Below, one piece after another: positions 28,604 through 46,153 of a stretch of DNA of 64,000 bases. Source of the stretch: the human T2T-CHM13v2.0 reference genome, Homo sapiens; NCBI RefSeq assembly GCF_009914755.1, contig NC_060933.1. One strand, 5' to 3'. The first letter of the stretch is position 1; the number at the start of each line of letters is the position of its first letter. The translations under genes and the position numbers were made by a program. The notes beneath the pieces were generated by a model, which had not been told where the DNA came from, made no database searches, and was given only the letters and a program-made list of their open reading frames with translations.

Positions 28604-30081
28604 CTATCCAAATCTTACCTTTTTTCCTGGGCCACATTTAGACTCACTGCCAAAACAAAGGCCTGTCCCAATGACAAGCCTACTCTGACCTCATTTGTAC
28701 CTGATATCACAAACTTAGGACCAGGGCACAGAACGTCTTGCATTTTCCCCCAGCTTCTTATGAATATGACTTATTACTGAAAGCAAGAACTCCTGAAGGA
28801 CAAGGACTGTCATCTCTTTTTCCTATGCTATTCTTATAACAGGAGCAGAGTAACAATATCACCTACAATTTACTAAATGTCTGGCACTGACCTAGGAACT
28901 ATACACATAAGTTTTAAAGGATAGTTATAAAATATTTGATAAATACAAATTATTCAGTGTAGCATCTGAATTTATGAAATGTTCCTAAAATGAGTATCTG
29001 CAAACTAGCCACCTGACACGAGAAGTACTACATTACTATTATTGTTGAAGCTATAAACAGTCTTATCTTCACAGCAGACCTATGAGGCAAGTACAGGTAT
29101 GCCCCTAAGGGAATACAGGCTCAAAGAAGTCAAGTGATTCATCCAATGTCACAAACTATTAAGTGAGTCCTCACTCAAACCAGGTCTTCTGACCAAAAAA
29201 ATAAGCCCATTTTCTTTCCACCATATCTTACTATATTATGGGATTTGCTCTTCTCCTCTACCCACCTAAGTCCTACTTATTCTTCAAGTTCCAACTCCTC
29301 CAAGAAATCCTTTTCAACTACCATAGCTTATTCTTTTTTACCTCTCTTTTCATCAAAATTCAATGAAAGCAAGGTCTATATTTAACATTCCTTTTTTCTC
29401 CTTCAATTTAGCATTATGCTAGACCCAGAGTAGTTACTCAACCACTTAATATACTGTATGATGCTTTCTTCATGAAACCATTATATTATTATGTATAAAA
29501 ATGTTATTGTCTGCCCACCACACCGAAATCTAGAGATCCTGCATTTTCTTTAATGTTATCAAGTCTTTGAATTCAAAGAGGCAAGCCAAAAAGAGAGAGA
29601 AACACAGAGACGTATTTTACTAGCATTTCACTAAAAGCAAATATCACTAGCTAATTTTCTCACAAAAAGTAGTTTCTATTATTTGTCTCCTCTTATCTTT
29701 CAACAGGATTGATAGAATCAATGGATATCACAAAATTCAGGTTTCAGAGAAGGCATTGATAGAATTCATTTTTCTATATCCTTATCTTTCTATAACTTTA
29801 GTCGCAAACATACAAGAGCATCAATGGCTAAACCTTCCTAGGCTTTGTTGGCTCTGCCTTCCCCTCCTCCAGACCTCATAATGTGCCAGTGCTCCAAGGC
29901 TCTGTCCCAGGCCCCCTTCTCTGGTATCACACTGTCTTCTAAGTGGCCTCTCCCAGTTTTATAACTCTGTATAATGTCTATATACAAATCACCACACTAT
30001 ATCAACAATCCTGACCTCCGCCTGGACTCCAAACTTGTATATCCAATTGATGGCAAACATCAGTTAAAATATAAAGTGATT

Positions 30082-30379
<298 letters not shown>

Positions 30380-30402
30380 CAAAGTGATTTAAAAAGGACT
30401 AT

Positions 30403-30714
30403 CAACTGGGCACAGTGGTGCACACCTATAATCTCAGCACTTTGGGAGGATGAGGCAGCAGAATCCCTAGAGTCTAGAAGTTCAAGACTAGCCTGGGCAA
30501 CAAATGGAGAATTTGTCTCTACAAAAAAGAATTTTTTTCAATTAGCTGGTTGTGGTGGTGCGCACGCCTACGATCCCAGCTACTCAAGAGGCTGAGGTGG
30601 GAGGGTCACTTGAGCCCAGGAGCTCAAGGTTGCAGAGAGCCGTGATCGTGCCACTGCACTCCAGCCAGGGTAACAGAGCAAGACCTTGTCAACCCGCACA
30701 CACAAAAAAAAAAA
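30403..30714 (+). mobile_element. AluJ
   Basis: cttgagcccaggag J-type. Confidence 0.88.
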
Positions 30715-31560
30715 TCAATTTTTTTTTCTCCAAAACATACCTTGTTCCTCTCCCAAGTCTTACCAATCTCACTGGATAACAATAATCATCCAACCAAGTT
30801 TTAAAAGAAAAAAAAAAATCTAGGCATTATCTTTGATTCCCTTTTCCTGTGGCCATGAAATACAGAACACATCCTGTTGACTCTATCTTGAAAATATATC
30901 CTGAATCCTTTCCTAGAATAATCACCTTTCACCTGGTCTGAAATAGCTCCCTAATTCATCCTCCTGCTTTTGTTCTGGTCTCTCTCCATACAGCAACCTT
31001 TTCACTCCCTTAATCGAAACATTCCAGTGGCTTCTCATCACCCTCAGAATAAAAATCATACTCCTTACCTTGGCTTACAAAGTCCCAGGTGATCTGGCCC
31101 CTGCCTACCTCACCAACCTCATTTGTACTACTCTCCCTCTTGTTCATTACACTCCAGACACCCTGTCCTCCTTTTTAGTTCCTTCCACACACCCACTGTG
31201 TCCCTAGCTGTTCCACTAGCTGTTCCCTCTGCCTGGAATAGTCTTCTCCCTTTTCTTCAAAAGGCTGGCTCTTTCTTGACATTCAGATCTCACCACCACA
31301 AACAAATGAGATTTCTTCAGAGGCCTTCCCTGATCTAATCAATCAATTAGCCACCCCACTATTTCAAGGTCAACCTGTTTCGATTATCTGCATAGCACTT
31401 AATTGAGGTATATCGTTATTATTCATATACTATCTCTTCATTAGAATGTAAGGTCAATGATTAGGGACCTTTACCACTGTATTCTGGTGCCTAAAACAGT
31501 GCCTGGCCCATAACAGAAGTTCATAAAGATGTTGAGTGAAAATTTTATGAATAAATGAAT

Positions 31561-31894
<334 letters not shown>

Positions 31895-32064
31895 CTATTA
31901 ATTATGGTTTTTAACACCAAAAAGGGAGGGAGGGCTAAAAAGTTTAACATTTTGCTAATTACAAAGAATTCTCTCCATACAATTTAAGTAATTTGAGTAT
32001 TTTCTCTACAGAACTACTTCTTTCTAGTCTCATTCCAATCTATTAAAATCCAATGGTAGAGACA

Positions 32065-34362
32065 CTCCACAGTAAAAATGTCAATTCTTCCCAAATTTAT
32101 CTATAGATGTAATAAAATTTTTACCAAGGATTTTTATAGACATAACCAAACTTATTCTAAAACTTACATGGAAAGACACAAGACCAAGAAAAGCTAAAAC
32201 AATTTTTAAAATAATAAAATTGGAGAAATTCTACCAAATTTAAAGACTTATTATATAGCCACAGTAATCAAGATTGCGTGGTATTGGTAGACGGACAGAC
32301 ACAGAGATCGATGGAGTAGAACAGAGAAGCCAAAAACAGATCCACACAAACATGTCCAACTAATTTCTTAGAAAAATGCAAAGCAATTAAATGGAAGAAG
32401 GATAGCCCTTTCAACAAATGCAGCTAGAGGAATTAGACATCAATAAGACAAAAAAAAAAAAAAAAAAAGAAAAATAGAGCTTTCATCTAAACTTCACACC
32501 TTACACAAAACCTAATTTGAAATGAATCACAGACTTAAAACTATAAAACTTTCAGAAATAAACACACTTTTAGGAAAAAATCTTTGGGGCACAGGGCTAG
32601 TTGAAGAGTTCTTGCAAAAGCAAGATTCGTAAAAGGAAAACCTGATAAACTAGACTTGGTCAAAATTAATTTTTGTTCTATGAAAGACACAATTAAGAGG
32701 ATATAAAGACAAGCTACAGCCTAGGAGAAAATAATTACAAACCACATACCCAATAAAGGACTTCTAACTAGAATATATAAAGAACCCTCAAAACTCAACA
32801 GTTAAAACAAATAAAAATTAAAAAACAAGAATCCAATTAGAAAATGGGCAAAAACATGAACAAACATTTCACTGAAAAGCAGATGGCAAATAAGCATATG
32901 AAAACATATTCAAAATCATTATCCAGAGACATGCAAATCCAATCATAATGAAAAGAATTACTACATAAGTATCGGAATGGTTAAAATAAAAAATAATTCA
33001 TTGCTGAGGGAAATGTAAAATGGTACTTTGGAAAAGTTTAGAAGTTTCTCACAAGGCTAAATGTAGTCTTACAACACAATACAATAGGAATTGTGCTCCT
33101 AGATATTTATCTAAATGATCTGAAAACTTACATCCACACAAAAGTCCACACACAAATGTTTATAGCAGTTCTGTTCATAATTTCCAAAAACTGGGAACAA
33201 CCAAGATGTTTTTCAATAGGTGAATGGATAAACAAATTGTGATATAATCACAGTTGAATACTGTGGTTCATCCACTATAGGATATTATTCAGCAATAAAG
33301 AGAGATGGGGGGAGAGTAAGAGTTATCAAGCCATGTAAAGACATGGAGAAACCTTAAATGCATATAGCCTAGCAAAAGAAGCCAGTGTGAAAAGGTCAGA
33401 TACTATATGCTTTCAACTATATGACATTCTGGAAAAGGCAAAACTATGTTAACAGTAAAAGGATCAGTGGTTGCCACGAACTGGGGGTACAGGAGGGCTG
33501 AACAGGTAGAGAACAGATTTTTAGGGCAGTAAAACTATTCTGTATGATACTGTAACAGTGGACACATGTCATTTTACATTTGTTGTCAAAACCCACAGAC
33601 CTGTACAAGTCACAGAGTCCTAATATAAGCCATAGACTAGTTAATAATAATGCATTAATACTGCATTATTGTTCAACAATTTTCACAAATTTACCATGGT
33701 AACAGATGTTAATAAAAGGGGAAAGTCATGAGGGAAGAAGGTATATGGGAACTCTCTGAATTATCTGCCCAACTTTCTGTAAACCTAAAACTGCTCCAAT
33801 GAAGTCTACTAATCTTTCTCAAAAAATAGTATTGATGTCAAACGCTGGCAAAGATGTAGAGAAACTGGATCACACATACACTGCTGGTGGGAATGTAAAG
33901 TGATACAGCCACTCAGAAAAAGTACAGCACTATCTGAGAAAACTAAAAATGCATTTATCACATAACCCAGCAATTGTACTCTTGGGCATTTATCCCAAAG
34001 AAATGGAAAATTATGACCATTCAAAAGCCCATCCACAAATGTTCACAGCAGCTTTAACAGTAATAGCCAATATGGAAACAATCCAAATGTCCTTCAACAG
34101 GTGAATGACTAAACTGTGATACTTCCCTACCTACCATGGAATACTACTTAACTATAAAAAGGAACAAACTACTGACACATGCAACAACTTGGATGGATCT
34201 CAAAGGAATTAGCCTGAGTGAAAAAGCCAAGCTGAAAAGTTTACATACTATATTACTTCATTTACATAAAATTCTTGAAATGATAAAATTACAGAGATGG
34301 ATTACTCAGTACATTATTTCCTACAACAGCATGTGAATCCACAACTACCTCAAAAAAAAAGT
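32065..34362 (+). mobile_element. L1M ORF2-3'UTR remnant with a nested L1MC-type 3' piece (~33000-33815)
   Basis: ORF2 motifs (gtaatcaaga..gtggtattgg, ttagaaaatgggcaaa) break at ~33000 and resume at ~33820. Confidence 0.85.
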
Positions 34363-34424
34363 TTTATAAACTCCAAAGGTAAAGATATATTCTCTAAAAC
34401 CAAATTTTTCCCCTTGAGTGGGCT

Positions 34425-34932
<508 letters not shown>

Positions 34933-36454
34933 CTCCAGAGCTAGAGAGTCTTTTTAAAAGCAACCTTTACTAACATGTTAATAAGATTATTAACAGTTGT
35001 TAAGGATCTGGCTGTTAACAATTCACTAAAATCTTAGCCACAAAAATTATCCCACTGATAAATGGAAACTTTAACCCAAACCTCACTCAGCTTCCAGAAA
35101 CAAAAGGATTTAGCCCAAGAAAGACAATAGTTCATTATGGTTTATTTTTAAATAACGTTCCTACTCGGCAATGGAGTTTGAGTCTGAAATTGAATGGTAG
35201 GTTCACCTTTATCTGTGAAACTTCTGTAAGTACAAAAATGGATATATTAATCTGGCTTTCCAAAATCTCTCAAGCCAAAAGGTTACAATATTCCATTTTA
35301 GACTTAACCTAAAATCAAAAGGAAAGATTTAAAATAACCTCGTGACTTTCACAAATTTAACTACCCACAGACAAACCAGGAGAACAAGGTACAGAACATG
35401 AAACATTTCGAATGAAGTATTCTTTTCCAACTGCATGTGAAAAGGCAACATTGACAGCATCACAAAAACCTTAATTTAAAACTAAATGTCACATAAGAAC
35501 ACCATATACACCCAAACAAACCCACATACCACATAATTCAACACATCCGGGCAGCAGTGGCTAAATAATGGACTAGCATGAATACTGCAAGGATTTTGGC
35601 AGACCGATGTAGAGTCGCTCACATTTCCTTTGCCTTTAACAGTGCCTGTTACATTACTAATGTAGTTTTTGGTTTTTAGGTTTGTTTGGAGTTTCATTGG
35701 GGTTTAGGGGGATGAGATTCCAATTATACTGTATAAATTATTAAGTTAGATTCTCAGCCCAGGAAAATTAAGTAAAACAACAATACTATAACATAACAGA
35801 ATTTGACAGTTGTGTATTGCTTAAAACATTAAAGTGATAAGGCCATTTTTAAATATGTGTAATCTTTTTACAAGTTCAGAAGAACCACAAATTATGGAGC
35901 TACAAACCACCAGCTATTCAAAGGAAAATTGTAGCTTATAAAATATTGGCTGACTGCCAATACAAACAAATTTTTTCCCCTCAAAAAAGCTTTGTAAGCC
36001 AAAATACTGTTTCAAAAGTGACTATAACCATCTTATTCAATCAAGTAGTAATGTTATTACACAGTAAAGGTAAGTCAATTCTTGGCCTAAAACAACCTGT
36101 AAAAACCTACTAACAAACTATTTCTCACCAATATAGTAAAATATCACCTTGAACTTAGAAATCAAGATCTGGAAAATGTTAATCCATTACTATTTTACCA
36201 AAATGTCATCAGGCAATTAATTAAATAACAACAATAATTTAAAAAAAAGTTTTGAAAAAACCAGATTGAAAAAATACCAATCAATGAATTTATTATAAAA
36301 GGGGAGAACAGCCACTACCCAATGCCCCCCTCAAAAAGCTATCCTTTGAAAAACAGCAAAAACTCCTCTACAATCCAAAAATATTTTTTTCAACTTACTG
36401 CCCAAATGGAAAGGTAACAGAAGACAGAGAGGTGGATTCAAATCCCAGCTGTAC

Positions 36455-36771
<317 letters not shown>

Positions 36772-37421
36772 TAGTAAGCACCCTAGGCAACTGATTAGTC
36801 CAGGCCTCAGTTTTCTCATTTATAAAATGGAAACACCATCACTCACCCCACAGTGAAACTGCTGTAAGGATCTAAAGATGCAATGTGTGTAAAATGCATA
36901 TCACAGTATCTGAACAAAGTAGTAAGCACCCCATAAATACAGGCCAGAATTACTGCATTCAGTAAATGGAGAAATCAGAATCTCCACACGGATGGAGAAT
37001 TTAGATGTCGTATGTAACTAAAATATATCTTAACATACATGGATTGAGAATTTGGATGTCTTAAGTAACATCAGAGCTGAGTTGAAAAAGTTGAAAAAAA
37101 CAACAATAATAATAGTTGCCATGAGTGCCTTCTATTGCTAGGCACTTTGTAAGTTTTTTTAAATCGTTATAATAATTCAGTAAAGGAACAACTAAGCACA
37201 AGGTATACACAAGGTGCTTTAGGAAGCATTAAAACATTTCTATGAAGTCTTGAGTGGAGATCTTTACTCTGTGTATGTATATATTTTTCCTCCAAAGCAA
37301 GGTATCTGAGTATTTCTATTCTATTCTAATGAGAAACATAAATGCAAATAACATAATACTCAAATCTATGTGATCTTGGCATATTTAACTTAGTCTTTTC
37401 TCATCTATCAAATAGCAATAA

Positions 37422-37765
<344 letters not shown>

Positions 37766-38279
37766 TAAGGCAAATAAAAACCTGTAAAAATACTGGAAAC
37801 TATACAAACCTATAAAAATAGGGTAACAATGTGAGAATAAAAATATAAATTGCAACATAATTTTGTAAGCCTAACATAATTATTCAGTGTTAATTCTCCA
37901 GTATAACCTGATGTAATGATTACCTGAATGAGCACTGTCTGTACTTTCCCATAATAAAGAATGGCTTCCTCTCTCCTTGTATGTCACCTTGTTATAGAGA
38001 ACTTGCATTAGTCATCTTTTTACAAGGTTATATGTCTTACCCCTTCAGCTAGACTATAAACTACTAAAGAGAAGGAACCGTTTTTCATAATTCATATCTT
38101 TAGCAGTACCTAATACACTGCTCTGTCTATAAAAAGCACTCAAATATTTAATGACCTATTCGCTGCATTTCAAAATTTGGCAGCTCTTTACTTCAAGGAA
38201 TAAGATGGTTTCTAAGACTAAGGCTTAAGTAGCAATCCATTTCATAGTAATTTCCAGATTATCTCTTATTAAGGCTGTA

Positions 38280-38834
<555 letters not shown>

Positions 38835-38925
38835 TTATTTTTTAAATCTGTTTTTAAATTATTTTTAATTAAAAAAATATAAAGCAACCGAGTCACTCCT
38901 TTTAGCTTACCAATTTTTCTAACTT

Positions 38926-39727
38926 TGCAGTTCTGCAAGTGTGGTTTAGGAACCCCTGGAGGTCCTCAAGACCTTTTCAGGGGTCTGCATGGCCAAAACT
39001 ATTTTCCAAGTAGTATGAAGGCACTATGTTTCTTTTCCACTCTCATTCTTTCCAGAGTACAGAGTTTCCCAGAGGCTATATAACGTTGAAGACGGAACAT
39101 GAAATAGGTCACATTTGGAAGATCAAGATAATTCAATGAATCAATATTTTCCAATGGCCAATGCATAATGTTATAAAACCATGTATAGATAAAAGATCCA
39201 ATCAAAATGCAAAGACCAATGGATTTTAATGTAACAGGACACAAAATGTTCACTGATCTGGTTTCAGATTCTATCAGGATACTACCATTTGTCAAGTTTT
39301 GGTGTAGTATCAAAGAAGAATATCCAAAATTATCTGAAAAAGCTATTAAAATATTTCTCCCTTTTCCAGCTACATATCTGTGTGAAGGCAGATTTTCTTC
39401 TTCATATACTTCATCAAGAATATTAAAACAGACAATGCAGAAGCAGCTATCTGAACCCAGCTGTCTTCTAGTAAGTTAGGCATTAGTGAGAATTACAAAA
39501 ATGTAAAACAATGCTAGTCTTCTCACTAATTTTCTTTTGTCTTGTGTTAACATATAATAGTTTATTAGCATTTTTAAATAAATATTTAAATTTTTATCAG
39601 ATATAATTTCCGATAAATATCAACAGATACAACTCACATAAACAAGAGATCGTTGGGGTCCTCGATAATGTTTAAGATTGTAAAAGGGTCTATAGTTAAA
39701 AAAAAAAGTTTTTTTTGAGAACTGCTG
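38926..39727 (+). mobile_element. Charlie1a/b-like internally deleted hAT transposon
   Basis: TIR-like ends (..gttctgcaagtgtgg / tttgagaactgctg); ORF 39207-39479 keeps the hAT C-terminal motif FW..IKEEYPKLSEKAIKIFLPFPATYLCEGRFS. Confidence 0.88.
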
Positions 39728-40019
39728 GCCTAACTATATGTAGGTTGATTTGGTGTTCCCAATGCTAGGTTTTCTATCCATTTCACTAGGGAAATGCAGC
39801 CATTTCTCAGGAATGAACCATGTCAACACTGTACAACTTGGAGCAGTGGTCACTTAAGCTCTTGACAAATGTTTTGCACTCATTTTGCAATCAGCAATCC
39901 TCCTCCAATGAACAACAGATTTTCAGCAAAAGGCTTTGGCAAAAACATCAACCATTCTTTGATTCCCATTTCATAACGAGTAATCACTTAGCTATATGAT
40001 CTGTTTTAAAGGAAAGCAG

Positions 40020-40450
40020 GGCTGGCTACAGTGGCTCACACCTATAATCCCAACACTTAGGGAGGCTGAAGCAGGAGGATGGCTTGTAGCCAAGAGTTCA
40101 AGACCAGGGTGACAAAACGAGACCCCATTTCTACAAAAAAACAAAAAACAAAAAATTTTTTTTTAATTAGCCAGGTCTGGTAATCCTGTAATCCTAACTA
40201 CTTGTGAGGCTGAGGCAGGCAGACCACTTGAACTCTAGGAGTTCGAGGCTGCAGTGAGCCATGATCGTACCACTGCACTCCAGCCTGGGCAGTGGAGAGA
40301 GAGAACCTCTCTGTCTGTCTCTGTTTCTTTCTCTGTCTCTGTTTCTTTCTTTTCTTTTTTCTTTCTTTCCTTCTTTTCTTTTCTTTTCTTTCTTTCTTTT
40401 CTCTCTCCCTCTCTCAAAGAAGAAGAAGAAGGAGAAGGAGAAGAAAAATA
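40020..40450 (+). mobile_element. AluJ ending in a CT-rich then GAA/GGA-rich simple repeat
   Basis: Alu body to ~40305, pyrimidine tract 40306-40415, purine tract 40416-40448. Confidence 0.88.
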
Positions 40451-43431
40451 GTACAAGAGAACGGACGGCACTTACTGAGCCCATCGCAAATGTCAGGCTC
40501 TGTGCTATACTTACATTATCCCATAATCTTCAAGACCCCTCAAGACCCCACAAAGTAACACAAAGCAGGAAACTAACTCAGATTTACTTGCCAAAGGTCA
40601 CACAGTTAATACATGGTGGAATCAGGACTCAAAATCAGGCCTGTGTGACTCCAAAGTCCAGTGCTCTCTCCACTTTACCAGGTAACCTTCATAATACCGG
40701 ATTGGAAATCAAACCTGTCACTTACTTTCTATGTCCCTGAGTGAGTCACAACTTCTCTCAGCCAGCTTTTTCATGTACAAGATAAGAGGGTTAGTATAGC
40801 TGATCTCCAAAGTCCCCTCCATAGCTAATATTCTTAGATTGCAATTCATCACAACCTCAACCTTACAGTTACAGTGTAAAAGTCCTTTGTATGTCTTTCT
40901 AAACAGAACAAGAGAAACAATGCAAATAATGGGGAAGTAATGAGTAAAATTATTAGGCTAAGATATAGCTTTTCATGCTTTAACATTAACAATCATCATG
41001 AAATACACTATAAGCATTTAGTAGGCATTGTATACTTTTCATTCCAGACAACAAAAGCTCCCTCCCTTCTTTGGCATAAGCTTGGGCATTCGGCCAGCTG
41101 ACATCTCTAAGGGTGGTAAGCACCTGTTAACATGCTACACAGGAATACCTAACTGAAAGGGATTGCTATAAGGGAGCAAATCCCTCATCATTAGCTTGCA
41201 TAGCACCATCTATTTTTTTTTTTTTAGCTCAATTATACAATACCCAATGAAGGTATTTGCCAGGCATTTCTGAGAAAAAGGAAAAGTTGCAGGAAATGGT
41301 GAAAACTGACACATGGCACTTCAACACACAAACAAAACACAAATCCAAGAAGAAACGTGCTGATTGCAGGACAGTATACAGATGAGGTTTTCCTGTATTT
41401 GCACCGTGATGTTGGCTAGGCTATCAAAATTTAGACTTCTTCCTATAACACGGACCATTTGAACACAATTCACTATGTGCCAGATACTGTGCTGAGCCCT
41501 TTAGAGACATCACCTCTAACGCTACAGAGCTGTAACATAAGATATTCATTTTAAAAGAGGAAAGGTCTTACAGCTAGTAAGTGACAAAGACTTGAAAACA
41601 AATCTGACCAACTCCAGAGCCTGTACTCTTCACAGTACATTTCTGCTGGTTTCAGAGAGAATGAAATGTCACCACTAGGTCAAAACAGAAAAGCAATGTG
41701 TAATATTTGAGCCAAGCTACAAGGGCATTTTAAAACTTTTAAATAAAAGTTTTTAAAAGCTTAAAATCCATTTATGGAAGTACCTAGTATTTAGATATTA
41801 GCGAAAGTCACAAGGTCACTGTCAAAAATCTATACTTCTTTGGATAACTATCAATACACACACTCAAGACATTTGTAGATGGCTGCTATTGCTATACCTT
41901 ATATTCTTGTTATGCTCACATAACCTTAAAAAAATCTCTTTGTCCAAAGTAGCCAGAGAGCTGTATTTTACATGATACCATCCTTTTTACCCAAAGCCAG
42001 CATATTTTAACATATTACCCCAGGGCCTATTACTGAAGGGAAGTAACATGATTCGGGCCAAAACACAGTAGAAAAGTGACAAGGTTTATGAGGTGACTTA
42101 CTAGGGGCTTTCAAAGGAATGACTGACAACTGGCCTACCAAAAGTTCTTTCAAACTTTAAAAAAGCTAAAATAAAGTTTTTTAATAGGGGCAAAAATGTA
42201 ATTACAAAAGTCTTCAATACACACAATTTGAGTTATGCTTCACTGGAATTGAATCACCACTTTTTAAAAGGATCTTAAAATGGGAAATCAATCAAGTTCC
42301 AATACTGCTCAGACTAAACCACTCAAGCAAATCAATTTATGAATTTAAAATAAAATCATATAAAGACTCATTAAAAGAGAAGAAAAAAAGAAACAGATAA
42401 TTTCTAAGAACAAATGTCAGAAGCTACATTGCCATTTCTTCTAATTGTTCATGATAATGTCCATAAAGAGTTCCAAAGATTATTTCCTATTTTGTTTTTC
42501 CTCCTGTGCATACAAATCATAGTGGGACAGGATAAAGTGGCAACTAACAAACACCAACAGGACTAACAAACTCAAATCCCCTTCCCTTACACACTGTACT
42601 GCTAAGAGAGTACTGAATCCCTCAAACGAGATGATTCCTTCCATGTGTTTCTTTTTGCCTGCTCATTCCCAAATTTAGTGACAAGAACACCCAACTTTTC
42701 AAGCCAAATAGATATGGATTTGAATCCCAGATTGACCACTTATCAGCTAAGTGATTCTAGAGTTACTGAACAAGGCTTCATTTTCTCATCAGAAATACAG
42801 TAACCACTTTGAAAGGCTAGTGTGAAGATTAACAATAATATGCACAACGCATGCCTGCTATCAGCATTATTATTCATTATGTGCCTGACACATTCTTTTT
42901 TGATGTTGCTGCTGTTTGTAATATCACTATTAAATAGCATAAGAAGGATACTCTGTTTCTCACTGGCAAATCGGAAGCAGGCAACAAAGCACTAGGAGTG
43001 ACCTGTAATACAAACTTGCCCTAGTCGACCTTACTTGTCACAGCAAAGATTTTTATTCTAATTGCTTAAAAACTTTTCAAACTGCATAATGGGTAAGGGG
43101 TTTTATTTTGAAGTGATGAAAATGTTTTGGAACTACATAAAGTGGTGGTTGCTCAACATTGTGAATGTTTCATTTAAACTGAATCGTTCAGTTTAAAATG
43201 GTTAGCCTTTTAAAAAAACGTTTTCAGAAGGAACGAGGGGGAAAAAAATCTTAATTATTCCAATTGAACATTATTAGGTGTAATAACACCCAATAATGAC
43301 CAACCAACTAAGCTGGTTAGTGACCAACTCAGCTACGTTCATTTAAGATTTCCTGGTACACATTTCTAAACAGCAGCCTGACATGGTGAAAGCAGCCCAA
43401 GACTGAAGGGCAAGAAATCTACCTCTTGCCA

Positions 43432-43683
<252 letters not shown>

Positions 43684-45195
43684 CTACCTCTTGCCCCAAC
43701 TCTGCCACTAGTTGGGTGTGTGATTTTCAACTAGTGCCTTAACCTCTCTGGAACAAAGCAGGACTAAAAGGATCTCGCAGGTTTCTCACAAGGGTAAAAC
43801 TTTATATTCTTAGCAAACCAATCATGTGAAATAAAATTGCCAAGATTTAAAAAAATTTACAATATACTCCAAATCTGAAAAACTAAAAGCCATCACACCT
43901 CCGGTGAGGTGAAAAATATAAATTATCCTAAATAGGAAAATTTTCTCATTTCAGGACAGTTGGGTCCTACTGACTCCTATTTAATGGAAAACAAAAGGCT
44001 CTATAATGACAGTGCCAAAATAATGTTCACTGACAATATTATCTAAGGGCAAAGAAAAAAGACTTAATAAAGAGACGACTAATGTGATAAGCTCAAGGTC
44101 ACCCTTCTAAACGTAGCCGGTGAATTGCAAGTTTTCAACAAACTCATCATGTCTTTTTTCAACTATTAAAAAATGCATTAAATATATAAATATCATACAT
44201 CATTAGCCTATAAATAAAAAGTGTACACAATTATCAATATCATTTTGCAAATAATTTTTTTGTCTATCATCTTTGGGTTAAAAACACCTCCTGCTACAGG
44301 GCTCTGAAAATGCTATAAATCTAAAAGAACCTTACACTGTTGTTCTTGAATCTGCCTGGCATAGAAAGCTACATCCTCTGATATCTTCTGGTATTTTGTT
44401 AAATGTAGGCTGTTAAAGAAATGTTTTGGCAACTAACATCTTAACTACCACTAATTAGGTTAAAAGGCTTGTCCTCTTCCAATGTGGCTCTATGTCCTAA
44501 GGGGAAAAACAGGAGTATGGTATGGCAAAAGCATGCAAACCTTTTAATTCAAATAAACACTGCCTTCATCTCAAGGTGATCAAGGTTACTAGTTGGGAAC
44601 ACTCAACTGCTCATCTGTTTTCTTCAAAGACGTAAGAAAGGCACTACTTAGATATCCATAACCAATGAAGCAGCAGTAAAGGAGATTTCAAAGGATAACC
44701 TGTAAGTTGTATCAAGCTACTGAGAATACATAGTGTTTTTACAACCAGAGCAACTTATCTAACAAACTTAGTGAAAAGGGTTGAGCTACTTACAGATGAA
44801 AAGAAAAATTCAGGTACTGTGTCAAAGTTTTCCAAATCAATTATCTAGATTCTGATGCCAGCAATAGATCCAGCAACTGAGTCTTACTTCTCTTTCTGGG
44901 AGTTAGCTATATCAAAATGAAGGCACGAAAGCAACAGATGCACATCCTTTCTAAAGAGAATACTAATTTTCTTTTTATCAGAATCATCATCACCTGTATA
45001 TAACCATCACACCTGCAAACGTTATACCAAAACCAAACAAATTTTCCTCCTGATCTCACTTCTCTTGGGCTCCCTGCTTATACTGAGGGAACCCCAGGCT
45101 GCCAATCAAGTAGGCTTGAAACCCTGTAGTTGTCAGGCTTGTTGCTCAGCCCTCACATTCAGTAGTTACCAAGTTGCAACAGTTCCAAGACATCC

Positions 45196-45477
45196 TTTCT
45201 TTCTTTTTTTTTTTTTTTTTTTTTTTTTTTGCTAGTCTTGCTCTGTTGCCTAGAGTGGAGTGCAGTGGCATGATCATAGCTCACTACGGCTTTAACCTCT
45301 TGGGTTCAAGCAATCCTCCAACCTCAGGCTCCCAAGTAACTGAGACTACAGGCAAGCACCACCACACCCAGCTACTTTGTTTCTATAAAGATGTGGTCTC
45401 ATTATGTTGTCCAGGTTGGTCTCGAACTCCTGAGCTCAACTGATCCTCCGCCTTGGTGTCCCAAAATGCTGAGATTA
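45196..45477 (-). mobile_element. AluJ
   Basis: Diverged dimer. Confidence 0.88.
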
Positions 45478-45567
45478 TATATATACCTACTTCCACTACC
45501 TATACCTATTTCCACTACCTTTATTGCTTTCCCCCCAAATTATTACAATAGCATTTTAATCAGTGTA

Positions 45568-46153
45568 CAGTAAGTTGTCATTTAATGTACTTGATAGGTT
45601 CTTGGAAACTGCGACGTTAGAGGAAATAACATATAATAAAACCAATTTATCAGAGGCTAATTGATATATACAACGGTTAAGTTCTTCTTGTCACAAAAAC
45701 ATCACCAAACTTCTAAATAAAAACCAAAACGCTTGTAATATTAAACACTGAAATAAATGTGAGCTATATATATATGTAAGAAAAGTTAACAAAAAACAAG
45801 ATGACTACTTAATTATTCCAGTTCAAGAATGCAGATGGCCAGAGCCTATCCCAACAACTCAGGGCACAAGGTGGGCACCAATCCTAGACAGAACACCATT
45901 CCGTCACAGCGCACACTCACACACACACCCTCACTCACTCATCCTGGGACCATTTAGACAGACCAATTAACCTAAACTGCGCATCCTTCAGATATGGAGG
46001 AAACCAGAGCACCCAGAGAAAACCCACACAGACATGGGGAGAACGTGAAAACTCCATGTAGACAGTGGCTCCAGCCAGGAATCTTTTTTTTTTTTTTTTG
46101 GTCAACATTATAATGAAACAACATCGAATGAAACATTATTCGAGAACCAGTCG
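45568..46153. mobile_element. MER82 (TcMar-Tigger)
   Basis: cagtaag...gataggttcttggaaactgcgac...ggaggaaacc.gag.acccagagaaaacccac; TA flanks. Confidence 0.88.

Noticed and set aside
36986-37069. Short diverged direct repeat (~33 bp, two copies); similar small duplications at ~22763-22800 and ~20439-20468
   Set aside because: Only two copies; ordinary slippage duplications, not an array or CRISPR-like structure
39207-39479. hAT transposase-like ORF
   Set aside because: Only a decayed C-terminal remnant inside an internally deleted Charlie element
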